A DNA stretch of 64,000 bases from Candidatus Woesearchaeota archaeon (GCA_964603065.1 CAZRTL010000004.1:9686-73685); one strand, 5' to 3'; positions 19,218 through 29,713 are shown, counted from the stretch's first letter. Numbers and translations are program-made. The notes: generated by a model not told the origin, from the letters alone.

Positions 19218-20666
19218 ATGAAAAAACAGAGTTTAGAAGGAATTACGGTTAAAAAGTCTGAGAATTTTTCTGAGTGGTACACTCAAGTTATTCAGAAAGC
19301 AGAAATAGTTGATTTGAGACTTGGAGTTAAAGGATTTATTATAGTTAGACCGTGGGGAGCTTTAGCTATGGAAAAAATGTTTCGCCTTTATGAAGATGAA
19401 CTACAAAGAAAGGGCCATAGTCCTGTAATAATGCCTTCTGTTATTCCAGAATCAAATTTGAAGAAAGAATCTAGTCATGTTGAAGGTTTTACACCGGAGG
19501 TATTTTGGTTGGATGGAGACAAAGATGAAGAAAGACTTGCTTTGAGACCTACAAGTGAAACTGTTTTTACACCTATGTTTGACTATTGGGTTAGAAGTCA
19601 TAGAGATTTGCCTTTAAAATTATATCAGAAAGGTTCGGTTTTTAGATATGATACTAAAGCAACTAGGCCTTTGATTAGAGGTAGAGAGTTTAATTGGATA
19701 GAGGCACATGATGCTTTTTCAACTAGAGAAGAGGCAGAAGCTCAAGTTCAAGAAGATATTCAAATGACTGAGAATATTATGCATCAAAAATTTGGAGTTC
19801 CTTTTTTAGCTATGAAAAGACCGCAGTGGGATAAATTTGCGGGAGCAGAATATACTATTGGATCCGATGTTATTATGCCCGATGGAAAATTAATACAGCA
19901 GCCTTCTACTCATTACATGGGGCAGATATTTTCTAGAGCATTTGGATCTAAATTTATTGATAAACATGATAAGGAAGAGTATTTGTATACTACAGCTTAT
20001 GGTCCTGCAATTTCTAGAATTTTAGTTTCTATTATTTGCATGCATGGGGATGATAAAGGATTAGTTTTACCATATTGCATTTCGCCATTAAACGTGGTTG
20101 TAGTTCCCATATACAAGAAAAACAACAAGGATAAGGTTTTGAAGTATGTAAAAAGTATTGAAAAAAAACTAACTGGAGTTAAATATAAAGTTGATGATCG
20201 AGAAGAATACAGTCCTGGATGGAAATTTAATGAATGGGAATTAAAAGGTGTTCCGTTTAGGCTAGAAATTGGAGAGAAAGAGGCGAAGAGCAAAAAATTA
20301 TCTTTATTTATTAGAGACACAGGAGAAAAAATAAGTATTTCGTTAAGTGAATTGAAAAATCTGAATAAGATGGGTAAGGAATTTGATGAGAGATTATTGA
20401 AGAAAGCCGATAGTTTTATGAGGGGTAAAATTGTTGATTGTAAAACAAAAGTTGAAATTAAAAAAGCTATGTCAGATGGAAAAATAGCTCGTGTTCATTG
20501 GTGTTCTTTAGATGGAAATGGAGTTGAATGTGCCGAAGCAATAGAAAAAGATTTTTTAGCAGAAGTTAGGGGCACTATGGCTAACAAGAGAGAGAAATCG
20601 AAAGGCAATTGTGTAATGTGTAAGAAACCGGCTAGTGAAATGGTTTATGTTGCTAAAAGTTATTAA
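19218..20666 (+). CDS. proS: prolyl-tRNA synthetase, archaeal/eukaryotic type
   Basis: Class IIa motifs, FRYDTKATRPLIRGREF, C-terminal Zn-binding Cys cluster; 482 aa. Confidence 0.9.
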   Translation: MKKQSLEGITVKKSENFSEWYTQVIQKAEIVDLRLGVKGFIIVRPWGALAMEKMFRLYEDELQRKGHSPVIMPSVIPESNLKKESSHVEGFTPEVFWLDGDKDEERLALRPTSETVFTPMFDYWVRSHRDLPLKLYQKGSVFRYDTKATRPLIRGREFNWIEAHDAFSTREEAEAQVQEDIQMTENIMHQKFGVPFLAMKRPQWDKFAGAEYTIGSDVIMPDGKLIQQPSTHYMGQIFSRAFGSKFIDKHDKEEYLYTTAYGPAISRILVSIICMHGDDKGLVLPYCISPLNVVVVPIYKKNNKDKVLKYVKSIEKKLTGVKYKVDDREEYSPGWKFNEWELKGVPFRLEIGEKEAKSKKLSLFIRDTGEKISISLSELKNLNKMGKEFDERLLKKADSFMRGKIVDCKTKVEIKKAMSDGKIARVHWCSLDGNGVECAEAIEKDFLAEVRGTMANKREKSKGNCVMCKKPASEMVYVAKSY

Positions 20667-20758
20667 TAACCTATCTAATAAAAAAATTTATTTTAGAGTA
20701 AATCTTATATACTTCTTGACACTATTTAATTGTTAACTAAAAGAGAAGGCTATATTCA

Positions 20759-21121
20759 ATGAAAAAGTCATATCAAGTTTATATTTTAATTGGAATTGTT
20801 CTAATCTTATTTATAATGCTGTTAATCACACGACCCATTATATTTAATTCACCAAATAATGGGGAAACTTGGATAGATAAAGATGGAAATATATGTCAAG
20901 CATCTCAAAATGATGCCAAACTATCCCCCGAAATTCAAAAAAGTGGAGCGAGTGGAACATGTCAATGTAGTACAAATGATCAAGGAGAAGAAATATGTTG
21001 TAAATGTAGTGTGGGGGGTTGTCCAGGTTGTTCTCCTTCCGGATCTTCCTGTCAATGCGAAGGGGGAGATTCCATTATACCTTTAGATACAACTTGGTCA
21101 AATATAAAAAATCTATTCTGA
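20759..21121 (+). CDS. small secreted/membrane-anchored Cys-rich protein
   Basis: N-terminal TM or signal (ILIGIVLILFIMLLI), 14 Cys in a 60-aa C-terminal region; immediately upstream of the protease gene. Confidence 0.5.
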   Translation: MKKSYQVYILIGIVLILFIMLLITRPIIFNSPNNGETWIDKDGNICQASQNDAKLSPEIQKSGASGTCQCSTNDQGEEICCKCSVGGCPGCSPSGSSCQCEGGDSIIPLDTTWSNIKNLF

Positions 21122-21125
21122 CAAA

Positions 21126-22925
21126 ATGAAAAAAATAATTTTTCTAATATTGTTCCTTGTTATCATTTCAAGCTGCATGATACAGGAAAAATCTCCACCC
21201 TCATTTAAAAAAATTTCGGAAATAGCTTCTGAAGAATATTGGGATTCTGGCTTTACTTATGATTTTCCTTACTCTTTTGATTGGTCTTATAGACATAATG
21301 ACAATTATATAACCGATCGGGACGAACAACATTCTAATAATTGTTGGTCTTACTCTACAGTTGCCGCTGTAGAATCTCATATGTTACTTACGGGGAGGGG
21401 AGAGTATGATTTTTCAGAACTAGGACTTATGTGGGAATGCCAAGAAAGGGTAGACTGTTATCTAATAAACTATATGGGTTGCAACGGCGGATCTGCGCGC
21501 CATGCAATTGGGATACTGGGGACTATTGCATATGAGGAAAGCTCTAATTGTTACCCAAATTCAGATCTAGAAAACCCTGGTTATCCTCATAATAGTTGTT
21601 CTTGTCCAAATTGTGTAGATCAAACTGATGATAATTCCAGTAATGACCCCTATAGTTGTAGCGCATATAATTTAGGAATCGGCTCAGGAATGAAACAAAA
21701 CATAATTATAACACAGGAAATGGTAAAATATCATTTGCTTTCAAGGGGTCCACTCACAGCCTCTTTCGCTCCAGGACCATATGGTGGAATTCATAATATG
21801 TTAATTTATGGTTACAGTGGAAATAATTGGATTGTTAAAGATAGCGCCTATAATAATTATCAAGATCGTCCTATGTCGGATACATTGTATAATATAGCCT
21901 GGCCAGAGAGCGGCTATTCTGAATTTTGCCAAAATGATGATGGTGATGCTTTTTGTTGGTGGGGAATAAGTTCAATGGTTGAATATCATGATCCGTTTGA
22001 AATATTTGGCTTACCTAGTAGCTGTGATGGGAAAGGATGTAGCAGAAATGAACCAGATTTTAATGATTATGTTGCTTGTGAAATAGATTCATCGGAAAAT
22101 TCTAATGGTGGGTGTGCACCCGAATTTGCCTGTGGTGATGGAGTTTGTCAGGGTTGGGAGTCATGCAGAACTGGTCCGCCGAATGGAGGGTGTTTTAACG
22201 ACTGCTACATACCTGGATATGGGGGCAGAAGTGATGCCTGTTGCGGGAACGGAATCTTCGAAGAGGTGGAAGATTGTTCAAACTGTCCACAGGACGTCCC
22301 AGGAGGCTGTCCCGAATGTTCTGATAGAATAGATAACGATGGAGATGGATTTGTTGATTACCAAGGTTATGTGTTTTCAGAATCAGATCAAGATTGTGAA
22401 AATTTTGAAGATGATTCAGAATCTACGGAAGAATGTATTTGTGGAGACAATAACTTGTGTGGCGACGAAATATGTGAATTAACTCAAGAAAGTAATGTGA
22501 TATGCTATGATGCTCTAGCACAAGATAAAAAATGTTATGGTCCATTTAGTTCATCTGATGATAGCTATTGGGATAAAGGAGCATGGATGGATAATAAATG
22601 TTATCCCTTGGTTGGAACAACTACTAGGGATTGCGAAAATTGTGAGAATTGGATTCCTAATTGGGATGATTGTAAAACTTGTCCTGCAGTTGACGGTATA
22701 AATCCGGAAGATTATTTGGAAAGAGTGTATGTGACAGAAACAGAATGTAGGCAAAAAAGATATTCGGATAATCAATGGGTAAATATTCCATTTGAAACAT
22801 ATCCTAGACAGTTTCCAAAAACAAAAGACATTCATTTCGAAGAACAGTCACCTGGAGAATCACTGAAAAGTTCTATTTGGAATAAACTTAAGTGTGCGTT
22901 GCTAACTTGTTCAGAGGATAGCTAG
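21126..22925 (+). CDS. secreted papain-like (C1-family) cysteine protease with Cys-rich, Ca-binding-like C-terminal extension
   Basis: Signal/lipobox (IISSCM), catalytic Cys NCWSYSTVAAVES, His HNMLIYGY, Asn/Trp downstream, DNDGDGFVD thrombospondin/dockerin-like motif; 599 aa. Confidence 0.75.
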   Translation: MKKIIFLILFLVIISSCMIQEKSPPSFKKISEIASEEYWDSGFTYDFPYSFDWSYRHNDNYITDRDEQHSNNCWSYSTVAAVESHMLLTGRGEYDFSELGLMWECQERVDCYLINYMGCNGGSARHAIGILGTIAYEESSNCYPNSDLENPGYPHNSCSCPNCVDQTDDNSSNDPYSCSAYNLGIGSGMKQNIIITQEMVKYHLLSRGPLTASFAPGPYGGIHNMLIYGYSGNNWIVKDSAYNNYQDRPMSDTLYNIAWPESGYSEFCQNDDGDAFCWWGISSMVEYHDPFEIFGLPSSCDGKGCSRNEPDFNDYVACEIDSSENSNGGCAPEFACGDGVCQGWESCRTGPPNGGCFNDCYIPGYGGRSDACCGNGIFEEVEDCSNCPQDVPGGCPECSDRIDNDGDGFVDYQGYVFSESDQDCENFEDDSESTEECICGDNNLCGDEICELTQESNVICYDALAQDKKCYGPFSSSDDSYWDKGAWMDNKCYPLVGTTTRDCENCENWIPNWDDCKTCPAVDGINPEDYLERVYVTETECRQKRYSDNQWVNIPFETYPRQFPKTKDIHFEEQSPGESLKSSIWNKLKCALLTCSEDS

Positions 22926-23287
22926 TATCCTATCAATAAAGAAGCCCAATCTTTCTTAGTTTTTCTGTTTTTAATTAAATAATTATGTAGTCTTTTTGAA
23001 GGAGAAGAAGAAATTGAATTTTTTATTTCTGGAAAAGGAATGGCTGGAAAAATAACTTCTTTGTCAATCTTTTTAACTATTTTTTTTTGAGGTTTTCTGA
23101 ATTTAGAATCGTGAAAAACCAGAATTATATTTTTTTTATTCAGAACCTCTTCCACTCCAATATTATTTGGTTCGTTTAATTTTCTAATTTTATTTATTTC
23201 TTTATTTTTTAGAGGGGTAGGACTATGTAACCCTTTAATAAACCTTAATTTTAAGATCTGAATAAATTTATTAATTGCCAATACCAT
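22922..23287 (-). CDS. hypothetical protein
   Basis: 121-aa ORF between protease and transglutaminase-like genes; lysine-rich; coding status uncertain. Confidence 0.25.
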   Translation of the reverse strand: MVLAINKFIQILKLRFIKGLHSPTPLKNKEINKIRKLNEPNNIGVEEVLNKKNIILVFHDSKFRKPQKKIVKKIDKEVIFPAIPFPEIKNSISSSPSKRLHNYLIKNRKTKKDWASLLIGY

Positions 23288-25155
23288 GGTAAATTATTAA
23301 TTATGATTCTTTGGGAGTACTCTTGAGTATAAATATTTCCATATTCATCTTCATATTCAATTGAAATTTGTATTCTTTCTGAGTTGAGTCCTTTAGAGTT
23401 TGCAGTTAGTGTAAAAGATTTGGTTCCTTGTAATTCTGGAAATTCTACTGGTTGAAATCTATTAATTTTTAGAATAATATTTTTTAATGGGGTTGGGGAA
23501 TTGATTTCTATAGGGATTTTTATTTCTTCATTATAATTTATTTGATTAATATCTATTTGTGAAATTTCAATTTTAGGTTTTTCGATTATACTTAGAATAA
23601 CATTTCTTCTAACTTCTATTTCTGAATTTTTTAGTATTGCTTTTATTGGTTTGTTTAAGTTGGCAAAAGTAAATATGAATTCTTTCTCTGAATTCGCCGG
23701 CATATCAAAATTTTGACAATCTTCATTTAAACATAAACTTAAACCATTTATATTATTGTTAAAGGTTCTGACTAAACAATTCACTTCAGCCTCTTCGAAA
23801 GAATAAAAGTAAGTTTTTTTAGGGTTACAATTAAGAACTATTTGGTTAGAGTATGAATCCTCCTCATCAATTTCTAAAGAATCCACTATTTCTTGGGCTG
23901 CTTCTAGTGTTACTGATTCACCTCCTAAGAAAAAAGTTACTACTGTTGATTCTCTGGACCCATATAGATCAATAAATTCTATTGTTGTTGTGTAAGTATA
24001 TCCTTCTTGTGCTTCTTTCGGAAGTTTAAATATCCAGAATGTTTCTTTTTCTCCCCTTGGTTTCAATGCTATTAATTTTTGATTGTTTTCTATTTCTCCC
24101 GGAGCTTTTGTTAATATTATTGAATTCGATAAATAAGCATCATAAGGATTATTAACTTTTATTCTTACGGGAACATAGCTCCCTGGAGCAACATTATCTT
24201 TTAAGACAACTATGGAAGTTTCAAAGGGAGATATTATTTTGTTTCCCTGATTAGTTATTGTTGCGACGGTTGATATTTCTTGAGATGTATCTATGTTAAG
24301 CTGACCCGAAGATTCCCATTCGTATAGGATGGAAGTTTCTATGTCCTCCGATTTTTGGAGTGCTATGTGAGTTGGATCTATCCATCCTAATTGTCCATAA
24401 GTAACATCATAAGGCACCCATCCATATTCTGGGAAGTAGACTTCTGCCCATCCGTGATTTCCAAATTTGTCTCCTAAATTAGTGTAGGCCATTCCTGAAA
24501 TGAATCTAGCTGGAATTCCTATTGACCGAGTCATAGAAATAAATAAGGAACTTATTTCATCACATACCCCATATTCATTTTCTAAAACCCAAGAAGATTT
24601 TTGTGAAGCTTTTTCTGTAAGTGTAGTTAAATTGTATTCTATATTATCGTTTATCCACATTCCTATTTTGTGTACTGCCATATAAGCATTATCTTCAGAC
24701 TGAATAATCTCTGATGTTTTTGAGATTATTTCTGGAGTTATATCTATTTTTTCTTCTGATTGTAAATATTTATTATAATCTGAGGATAAATCTGAATAGG
24801 GAAAACTGATTTCTGGAACTTGATATAATTTGTTTGTTGTTTCAATCTGTTTGTTAAATCCAAATGAATAATCAGTTGACTGTTGCTCCCATATATATGT
24901 TATGAAGCCATCTGAAGTTATTTGGGAATTGGGAGAAGAATATTCTTCTGAGGATAAAATTTCTTGTATGTTATCATTTATTGGATTTAAAAAAACAGTG
25001 GCCATTAACTCATTTAAACTCCCAGATCCGACTAGGGAAACTTGAGAATCTAAAGAGAAATCAATTTGTAAAGTTTGGTAAATATTATAATTATCTTGAG
25101 CAAGAACTAAATTAAATGATAGGAATATTAATATTAACAAAAATATTTTTTTCAT
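23251..25155 (-). CDS. secreted transglutaminase-like (Cys-His-Asp) domain protein
   Basis: Signal peptide; core YGVCDEISSLFISMTRSIGIPARFISG...GNHGWAEVYFPEYGWVPYDVT (Cys, His, Asp triad); 634 aa. Confidence 0.7.
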   Translation of the reverse strand: MKKIFLLILIFLSFNLVLAQDNYNIYQTLQIDFSLDSQVSLVGSGSLNELMATVFLNPINDNIQEILSSEEYSSPNSQITSDGFITYIWEQQSTDYSFGFNKQIETTNKLYQVPEISFPYSDLSSDYNKYLQSEEKIDITPEIISKTSEIIQSEDNAYMAVHKIGMWINDNIEYNLTTLTEKASQKSSWVLENEYGVCDEISSLFISMTRSIGIPARFISGMAYTNLGDKFGNHGWAEVYFPEYGWVPYDVTYGQLGWIDPTHIALQKSEDIETSILYEWESSGQLNIDTSQEISTVATITNQGNKIISPFETSIVVLKDNVAPGSYVPVRIKVNNPYDAYLSNSIILTKAPGEIENNQKLIALKPRGEKETFWIFKLPKEAQEGYTYTTTIEFIDLYGSRESTVVTFFLGGESVTLEAAQEIVDSLEIDEEDSYSNQIVLNCNPKKTYFYSFEEAEVNCLVRTFNNNINGLSLCLNEDCQNFDMPANSEKEFIFTFANLNKPIKAILKNSEIEVRRNVILSIIEKPKIEISQIDINQINYNEEIKIPIEINSPTPLKNIILKINRFQPVEFPELQGTKSFTLTANSKGLNSERIQISIEYEDEYGNIYTQEYSQRIIINNLPWYWQLINLFRS

Positions 25156-26183
25156 TTTAAATATTCTTTGAACTTTTTTATGAATTCCTCAAATTGATTT
25201 ATATTTATTGAAGCTCCACAGGCATTTTCGTGTCCCCCACCGAATCCATCTAGTTCTTCGAGGGCTTTTGTTAAGGGGTCTCGGATGTTTATACCCTGAC
25301 TTCTTAGGCTCATCATGATTCTATCTTCTTTTTTTCTAACACTTATTATTATTTTCGTAGGATGTTTATAAATTAAATAGTTTGAAATTGTACTTATATG
25401 GGAATTCTTGGATTTTGGAAGTTCTATTATGAATAACTTATCTTTCGAGGGTTTTTGTTTCTCAACATACTTCATCATTTTATCGTAATCAGATAACAAA
25501 ACTCCTACTTCTCTAAGGATAAATTTTGATCTTGATGTTTTTCCTTCAATTAATTCATAAGGATCATCTATTTTTAGAAGTAAGTTTGCTATTCTATGTA
25601 CTTTTGATGTGGACGTTTTTAATGAAAGGGAAAATATATTAATTATTTCTCCTAGCTTTGAATCAAAAATCGCCTCAGGGGGAGTTTTTAATTTACTTGG
25701 CAGGATATCTGGATATTTTTTTGAGAATTCTTTTGCAAATTCTGGCAGATACCAATCTGCTATGCTTCCCAAGGTTCCTAAAAACAGTTCTTTTTCTTCT
25801 GTTATTTTGTACGCCATGTATGTAGTAGGTACTGTTTTATTTGATTTTAACATAGGATTAAAATATTTCACATTCTTTCTTTTTATTGGACTGTGGTGAT
25901 CTAGCCATATAATAGGAGCATCACATCTATCTATAAACTCTTGAGAAACTATTGGCACATCTAGAATGAAAATTACATCAGGATTATATTCCTCTACTTT
26001 ATGGTGCAAATTTACATCTAGGACAGAAGTTGTTTTTAGAACTGCGCCTTTTCCTTTGTCTATATATTTTTTTAGTATTAGGTATGAGCAGAGTCCATCC
26101 GGATCATCATCAAAGAAAAATAGAGGATTCTTTGCTTCTTTTAGATATTTTCTAAATTCTTTGATTTGTGTTTGAGTTAACAT
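25152..26183 (-). CDS. DHH/DHHA1-family phosphoesterase (NrnA/RecJ-like)
   Basis: DDDPDG, ILDVP, WLDHH motifs and DHHA1 GGGHENACGASI; 343 aa. Confidence 0.7.
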   Translation of the reverse strand: MLTQTQIKEFRKYLKEAKNPLFFFDDDPDGLCSYLILKKYIDKGKGAVLKTTSVLDVNLHHKVEEYNPDVIFILDVPIVSQEFIDRCDAPIIWLDHHSPIKRKNVKYFNPMLKSNKTVPTTYMAYKITEEKELFLGTLGSIADWYLPEFAKEFSKKYPDILPSKLKTPPEAIFDSKLGEIINIFSLSLKTSTSKVHRIANLLLKIDDPYELIEGKTSRSKFILREVGVLLSDYDKMMKYVEKQKPSKDKLFIIELPKSKNSHISTISNYLIYKHPTKIIISVRKKEDRIMMSLRSQGINIRDPLTKALEELDGFGGGHENACGASININQFEEFIKKFKEYLK

Positions 26184-26214
26184 AAATTTAATTTAAGAGA
26201 AGGATTTATAAGTT

Positions 26215-26778
26215 TTACTTAGAACGGCCCTTGTTTGCTCTTCTACTTGGTCTTATTTTTTCGGCTCCCTTTCCTTTTTTGTATAATCCTCTAGATTTTT
26301 TGGCTGCTGAAGTCAAACCATGTGTTACTCTTTTTTTATTGGCACCCTTTCCTAACATATTTAATTTTTTGTTAGATTTAATTTGTGGATGTTCTGGATC
26401 AATCATTATTATTTCAAACCAATAATGTTTTCCGTCTTTTCCCACTTTATATGAATTTAAAACTTCTAAATTTTTATAGAATTTTTGAGCTCTTTGTTCT
26501 GCTACCCATTGATATGACATTCCTACAATCTTTTTCCTTCTTGCAGCTTTTGAACGTCTTCCTTTTTTTATTTGTTCTCTTTTTCTTCCACCACGTATTA
26601 CTCTTACTCTAACTGTTATGAAACCTTGTTTTGCTTTATACCCGATAGATCTAGCTGATGCTAGGTTTGTAGGTTTATCTATTCTTAAAATAGCTGGGTC
26701 TCTTCTCCACTCTATTAATCTATCTCTTAATAAAGATTTTTCTGGAGATTTCCATAAGCTTCTTAATGACTTGTACAT
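26215..26778 (-). CDS. rpl15e: ribosomal protein L15e
   Basis: MYKSLRSLWKSPEK N-terminus and a very basic 187-aa protein characteristic of L15e. Confidence 0.85.
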   Translation of the reverse strand: MYKSLRSLWKSPEKSLLRDRLIEWRRDPAILRIDKPTNLASARSIGYKAKQGFITVRVRVIRGGRKREQIKKGRRSKAARRKKIVGMSYQWVAEQRAQKFYKNLEVLNSYKVGKDGKHYWFEIIMIDPEHPQIKSNKKLNMLGKGANKKRVTHGLTSAAKKSRGLYKKGKGAEKIRPSRRANKGRSK

Positions 26779-26876
26779 AATAAGAAATTGTGGAGATGGT
26801 TGGTTTATAAATGTTTCTAATGTATATTGTCAAGTACATAAATTAAGTATTTAAATAAAGTAAAACTCCTAATTAC

Positions 26877-28070
26877 ATGGGGGAGAGTGGATATAGTCAA
26901 AGAGATGCTACAAAATTTAATTTTGCTAATCTAGATTTAAACAGTTTGGATTTTTCTGGAAATAGTCCACCAGCAGTTTTTGTCGGTAGATTTGGTTATC
27001 CAAAGGTAAATGTGGGTGTTTTGAGTCCTACCCAGAAAGATGAACACTCCTTCTTGATGGATAACCCTAAAGAATGGGTTAAGAGGGGATTTAAAGATCA
27101 TGAAATTTTGAAATTAAGAGCTCAGCTAGTTAATGCTAGATTTCAGAGTCAAGTGAAAAATTTTGATAATAGATTAACAGATTTATCACAGGAAGTTGGA
27201 ATGGCACATAAACCTGTGGATATGGAAGTTTTCTTGAAAAATAAACCAAGAAATGTTTTGAAAATGGAAAATGTTGCTAAGCCATTGAGTAATAATGCTA
27301 ATGTTAAGAATATAAAATTACAAGAAAATCCAAAAATAAAAACTTCTGTAGATAAAGTAGTATCTGATGGAGATATGAAATCTGTTGACGGGATTTACAA
27401 ATTATACAATAAAGGATTTGATGATAATTTTTTATCTAAAGTTTTAAGCATAGGTTTACTTGGAAAAACTAAAAATAGAAAGTTAGTTCCTACGAGATGG
27501 TCAGTTACGGCAACCTATAGCACATTAGGTAATGAAATACTGAAAGATGTTAGATATAATGAATCTACTGAAAATCAATTATATTTTGAAAGTTATCTTG
27601 GTAATAATTATTTAGTCATGTTTTTTCCTGGAGTTTGGAGTTTTGAGCTATTTGAAATGCCGGTCCCGATGCGAGTTAATCCCTGGAGTAAACATGGAAA
27701 TTTTTATGCCACAGATTATGAAGGTTTTTTTGGTAGAAAATATTATGTTGAGGAAACTGCTGGAGGTTATGCCGCTGCAAGGTTTCCAATAATAGAGAAA
27801 TTAAAAAAATTGAGAAAGCAGGGAAGTGTTTTAGTTTTAAGATTTATTACTCATGAAGATAAGTATCCTTTGGGTAGTTGGGTCTGCGCTGAAGCAAGTA
27901 GAAAATCAATTGAAAGTACACCAATAAACTTTGAAGATAAAGAAACTATGCTGGAATATGCTAAGTTATTAATTAAGAAAAAATTTAATTTTGATATTGA
28001 GAAATTATTGAAAATTAGTAAAATTTTAAATGAAGAAAGAACTCAGATGAGAATGTCTGAGTTTATATAG
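26877..28070 (+). CDS. hypothetical protein
   Basis: 397 aa; no motif recognised. Confidence 0.4.
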   Translation: MGESGYSQRDATKFNFANLDLNSLDFSGNSPPAVFVGRFGYPKVNVGVLSPTQKDEHSFLMDNPKEWVKRGFKDHEILKLRAQLVNARFQSQVKNFDNRLTDLSQEVGMAHKPVDMEVFLKNKPRNVLKMENVAKPLSNNANVKNIKLQENPKIKTSVDKVVSDGDMKSVDGIYKLYNKGFDDNFLSKVLSIGLLGKTKNRKLVPTRWSVTATYSTLGNEILKDVRYNESTENQLYFESYLGNNYLVMFFPGVWSFELFEMPVPMRVNPWSKHGNFYATDYEGFFGRKYYVEETAGGYAAARFPIIEKLKKLRKQGSVLVLRFITHEDKYPLGSWVCAEASRKSIESTPINFEDKETMLEYAKLLIKKKFNFDIEKLLKISKILNEERTQMRMSEFI

Positions 28071-29265
28071 CGACCCATAAAATATTTCTTCCTTTTTTTC
28101 CAAATCTCGCTGTTTTATTATTTTTTTCTAAATTCCCTAAATGCTCTCGGATAGAAGAATTCCCATAATTTAGTATTTCAACTAGTTCCGCTGTTGTTTT
28201 TGGACTATTACTAAGAATTCTTAGGATCTTATCTCTAGTTGCTCCATCTTTTTCTTTTATTAATCCTCTTTGTTTTCTTTTGATTAGTATTCTAAAATTT
28301 TTTGTTTTGTGGGCAAAATTGCATAGAGGGAATGCTATTTCTAATTTCTCTATATCTTTGGCTAAATTCAAATAACTTTCTGAAGAGATTAAAAATCGAT
28401 ATGAATCAAAGACTCCGTATCTATATTTCTTTTTTATTGGCATACAGCTATAACTACATTTTATTGCTATTTCCCCTACATCTTTTATTAATCTATAATT
28501 TTTTGAATATATTTCTATTACTTCTCCAATGTTCCCATCATCAATTACAAAAGAAACTAATCCTGCTAATAGAAAGTTTTTTGGAAGGGATTTTATATTA
28601 TTAGGAATATATGCATCAAAGGTATTGGTATTTGGTAAATTAAAGTAATAGTTATAAAATTTTGTAATTATTTTTGGGATATACAACTTCCCCAATTTGA
28701 ATTCATTTTCACTATACTTAAAATCTCCGAAAATATTATTTAGTTTTGATAAAAAATTGTTTAATCCTTCGTTATTCATTTGTCTATATGAAGAATTTGT
28801 TTTCTTATCTCCAATATGCCCATCTCCGCAAAAGTGAAATATTACAGAAATTAATTCCGGAGTTAGATATATAGGCAATTTTGGGTTGTATATTCTGCTT
28901 GATCCAGATATTGCATTATAATATTTTATGTTTCTCTCAATTTCTTTCATTAATTTATTATTTCTGGTTTTACTTCTTGTGATTAATTTGGATATCTCTA
29001 TTAATACCCACAATGGGATTGTTCTAGCTTTCTTTTGATTGTTTGGTCCAGAATATCCTTTTTTCCAGTAAAAAAACATTCCCCTTGAATACTTTCTTTT
29101 TAGATTATACTTTCTACTTTGATTGTTAAGATAGTTTATTGCTTTATTTTCACTTTGGAATTGATTAATAAATCGTGCAAGTAAATTATATCTGAACTTC
29201 TCTTTTAATTTAATGTATGTTTCGATCGGAGGAAAATCCCAAATATGGATTTCTTTATATTTCAT
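28063..29265 (-). CDS. LAGLIDADG endonuclease-family protein with C-terminal winged HTH
   Basis: Motif 1 FHFCGDGHIGD, motif 2 LLAGLVSFVIDDGNIG; C-terminal ArsR-like wHTH (KILRILSNSPKTTAELVEILNYGNSSIREHLGNLEK); 400 aa. Confidence 0.65.
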   Translation of the reverse strand: MKYKEIHIWDFPPIETYIKLKEKFRYNLLARFINQFQSENKAINYLNNQSRKYNLKRKYSRGMFFYWKKGYSGPNNQKKARTIPLWVLIEISKLITRSKTRNNKLMKEIERNIKYYNAISGSSRIYNPKLPIYLTPELISVIFHFCGDGHIGDKKTNSSYRQMNNEGLNNFLSKLNNIFGDFKYSENEFKLGKLYIPKIITKFYNYYFNLPNTNTFDAYIPNNIKSLPKNFLLAGLVSFVIDDGNIGEVIEIYSKNYRLIKDVGEIAIKCSYSCMPIKKKYRYGVFDSYRFLISSESYLNLAKDIEKLEIAFPLCNFAHKTKNFRILIKRKQRGLIKEKDGATRDKILRILSNSPKTTAELVEILNYGNSSIREHLGNLEKNNKTARFGKKGRNILWVAI

Positions 29266-29285
29266 ACCCTAATATTGATTTTTTT

Positions 29286-29326
29286 GTTTAAATAGTCTGT
29301 GTCCGTGTATGGCAAGCTGACAAGAT
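29286..29326 (-). promoter_or_regulatory. conserved upstream motif + TATA box, copy 3 (minus strand)
   Basis: Reverse complement reads ATCTTGTCAGCTTGCCATACACGGACACAGACTATTTAAAC; minus-strand start codon at 29265. Confidence 0.5.
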
Positions 29327-29371
29327 AAATTAATGAACAGGAAAAGTAAACAAAAGAGGTTGGCAAGTTAT

Positions 29372-29713
29372 TTATAGATATTTTAGAAATTTGTTGTTTT
29401 CATCTACTAAAATATTTTTGGGTTCTATTTCTTCATCTGTTATTTCGAACCCCATAATTATGATTTCTTCATCTTTTTTTATTAAATGGGCGGAGGCACC
29501 ATTCATACAGATTACTCCTGAGTTCCTTTCTCCAAGAATTACATAGGTTTCTAATCTATTTCCGGAAGTATTGGATACAACCAAAACTTTTTCTCCTTCT
29601 TTGAAACCGGCTTTTTCTACCAATTCTTGATCTATTGTTATTGAACCTATATAATCTAAATTCGCCTCTGTTACGGTGGCTTTATGTATTTTTGATCTGA
29701 GTATGGATCTCAT
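29372..29713 (-). CDS. panD: aspartate 1-decarboxylase, pyruvoyl-dependent (PanD)
   Basis: MRSILRSKIHKATVTEANLDYIGSITID with the Gly24-Ser25 self-cleavage site and the family's conserved C-terminal region; 113 aa. Confidence 0.85.
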   Translation of the reverse strand: MRSILRSKIHKATVTEANLDYIGSITIDQELVEKAGFKEGEKVLVVSNTSGNRLETYVILGERNSGVICMNGASAHLIKKDEEIIIMGFEITDEEIEPKNILVDENNKFLKYL

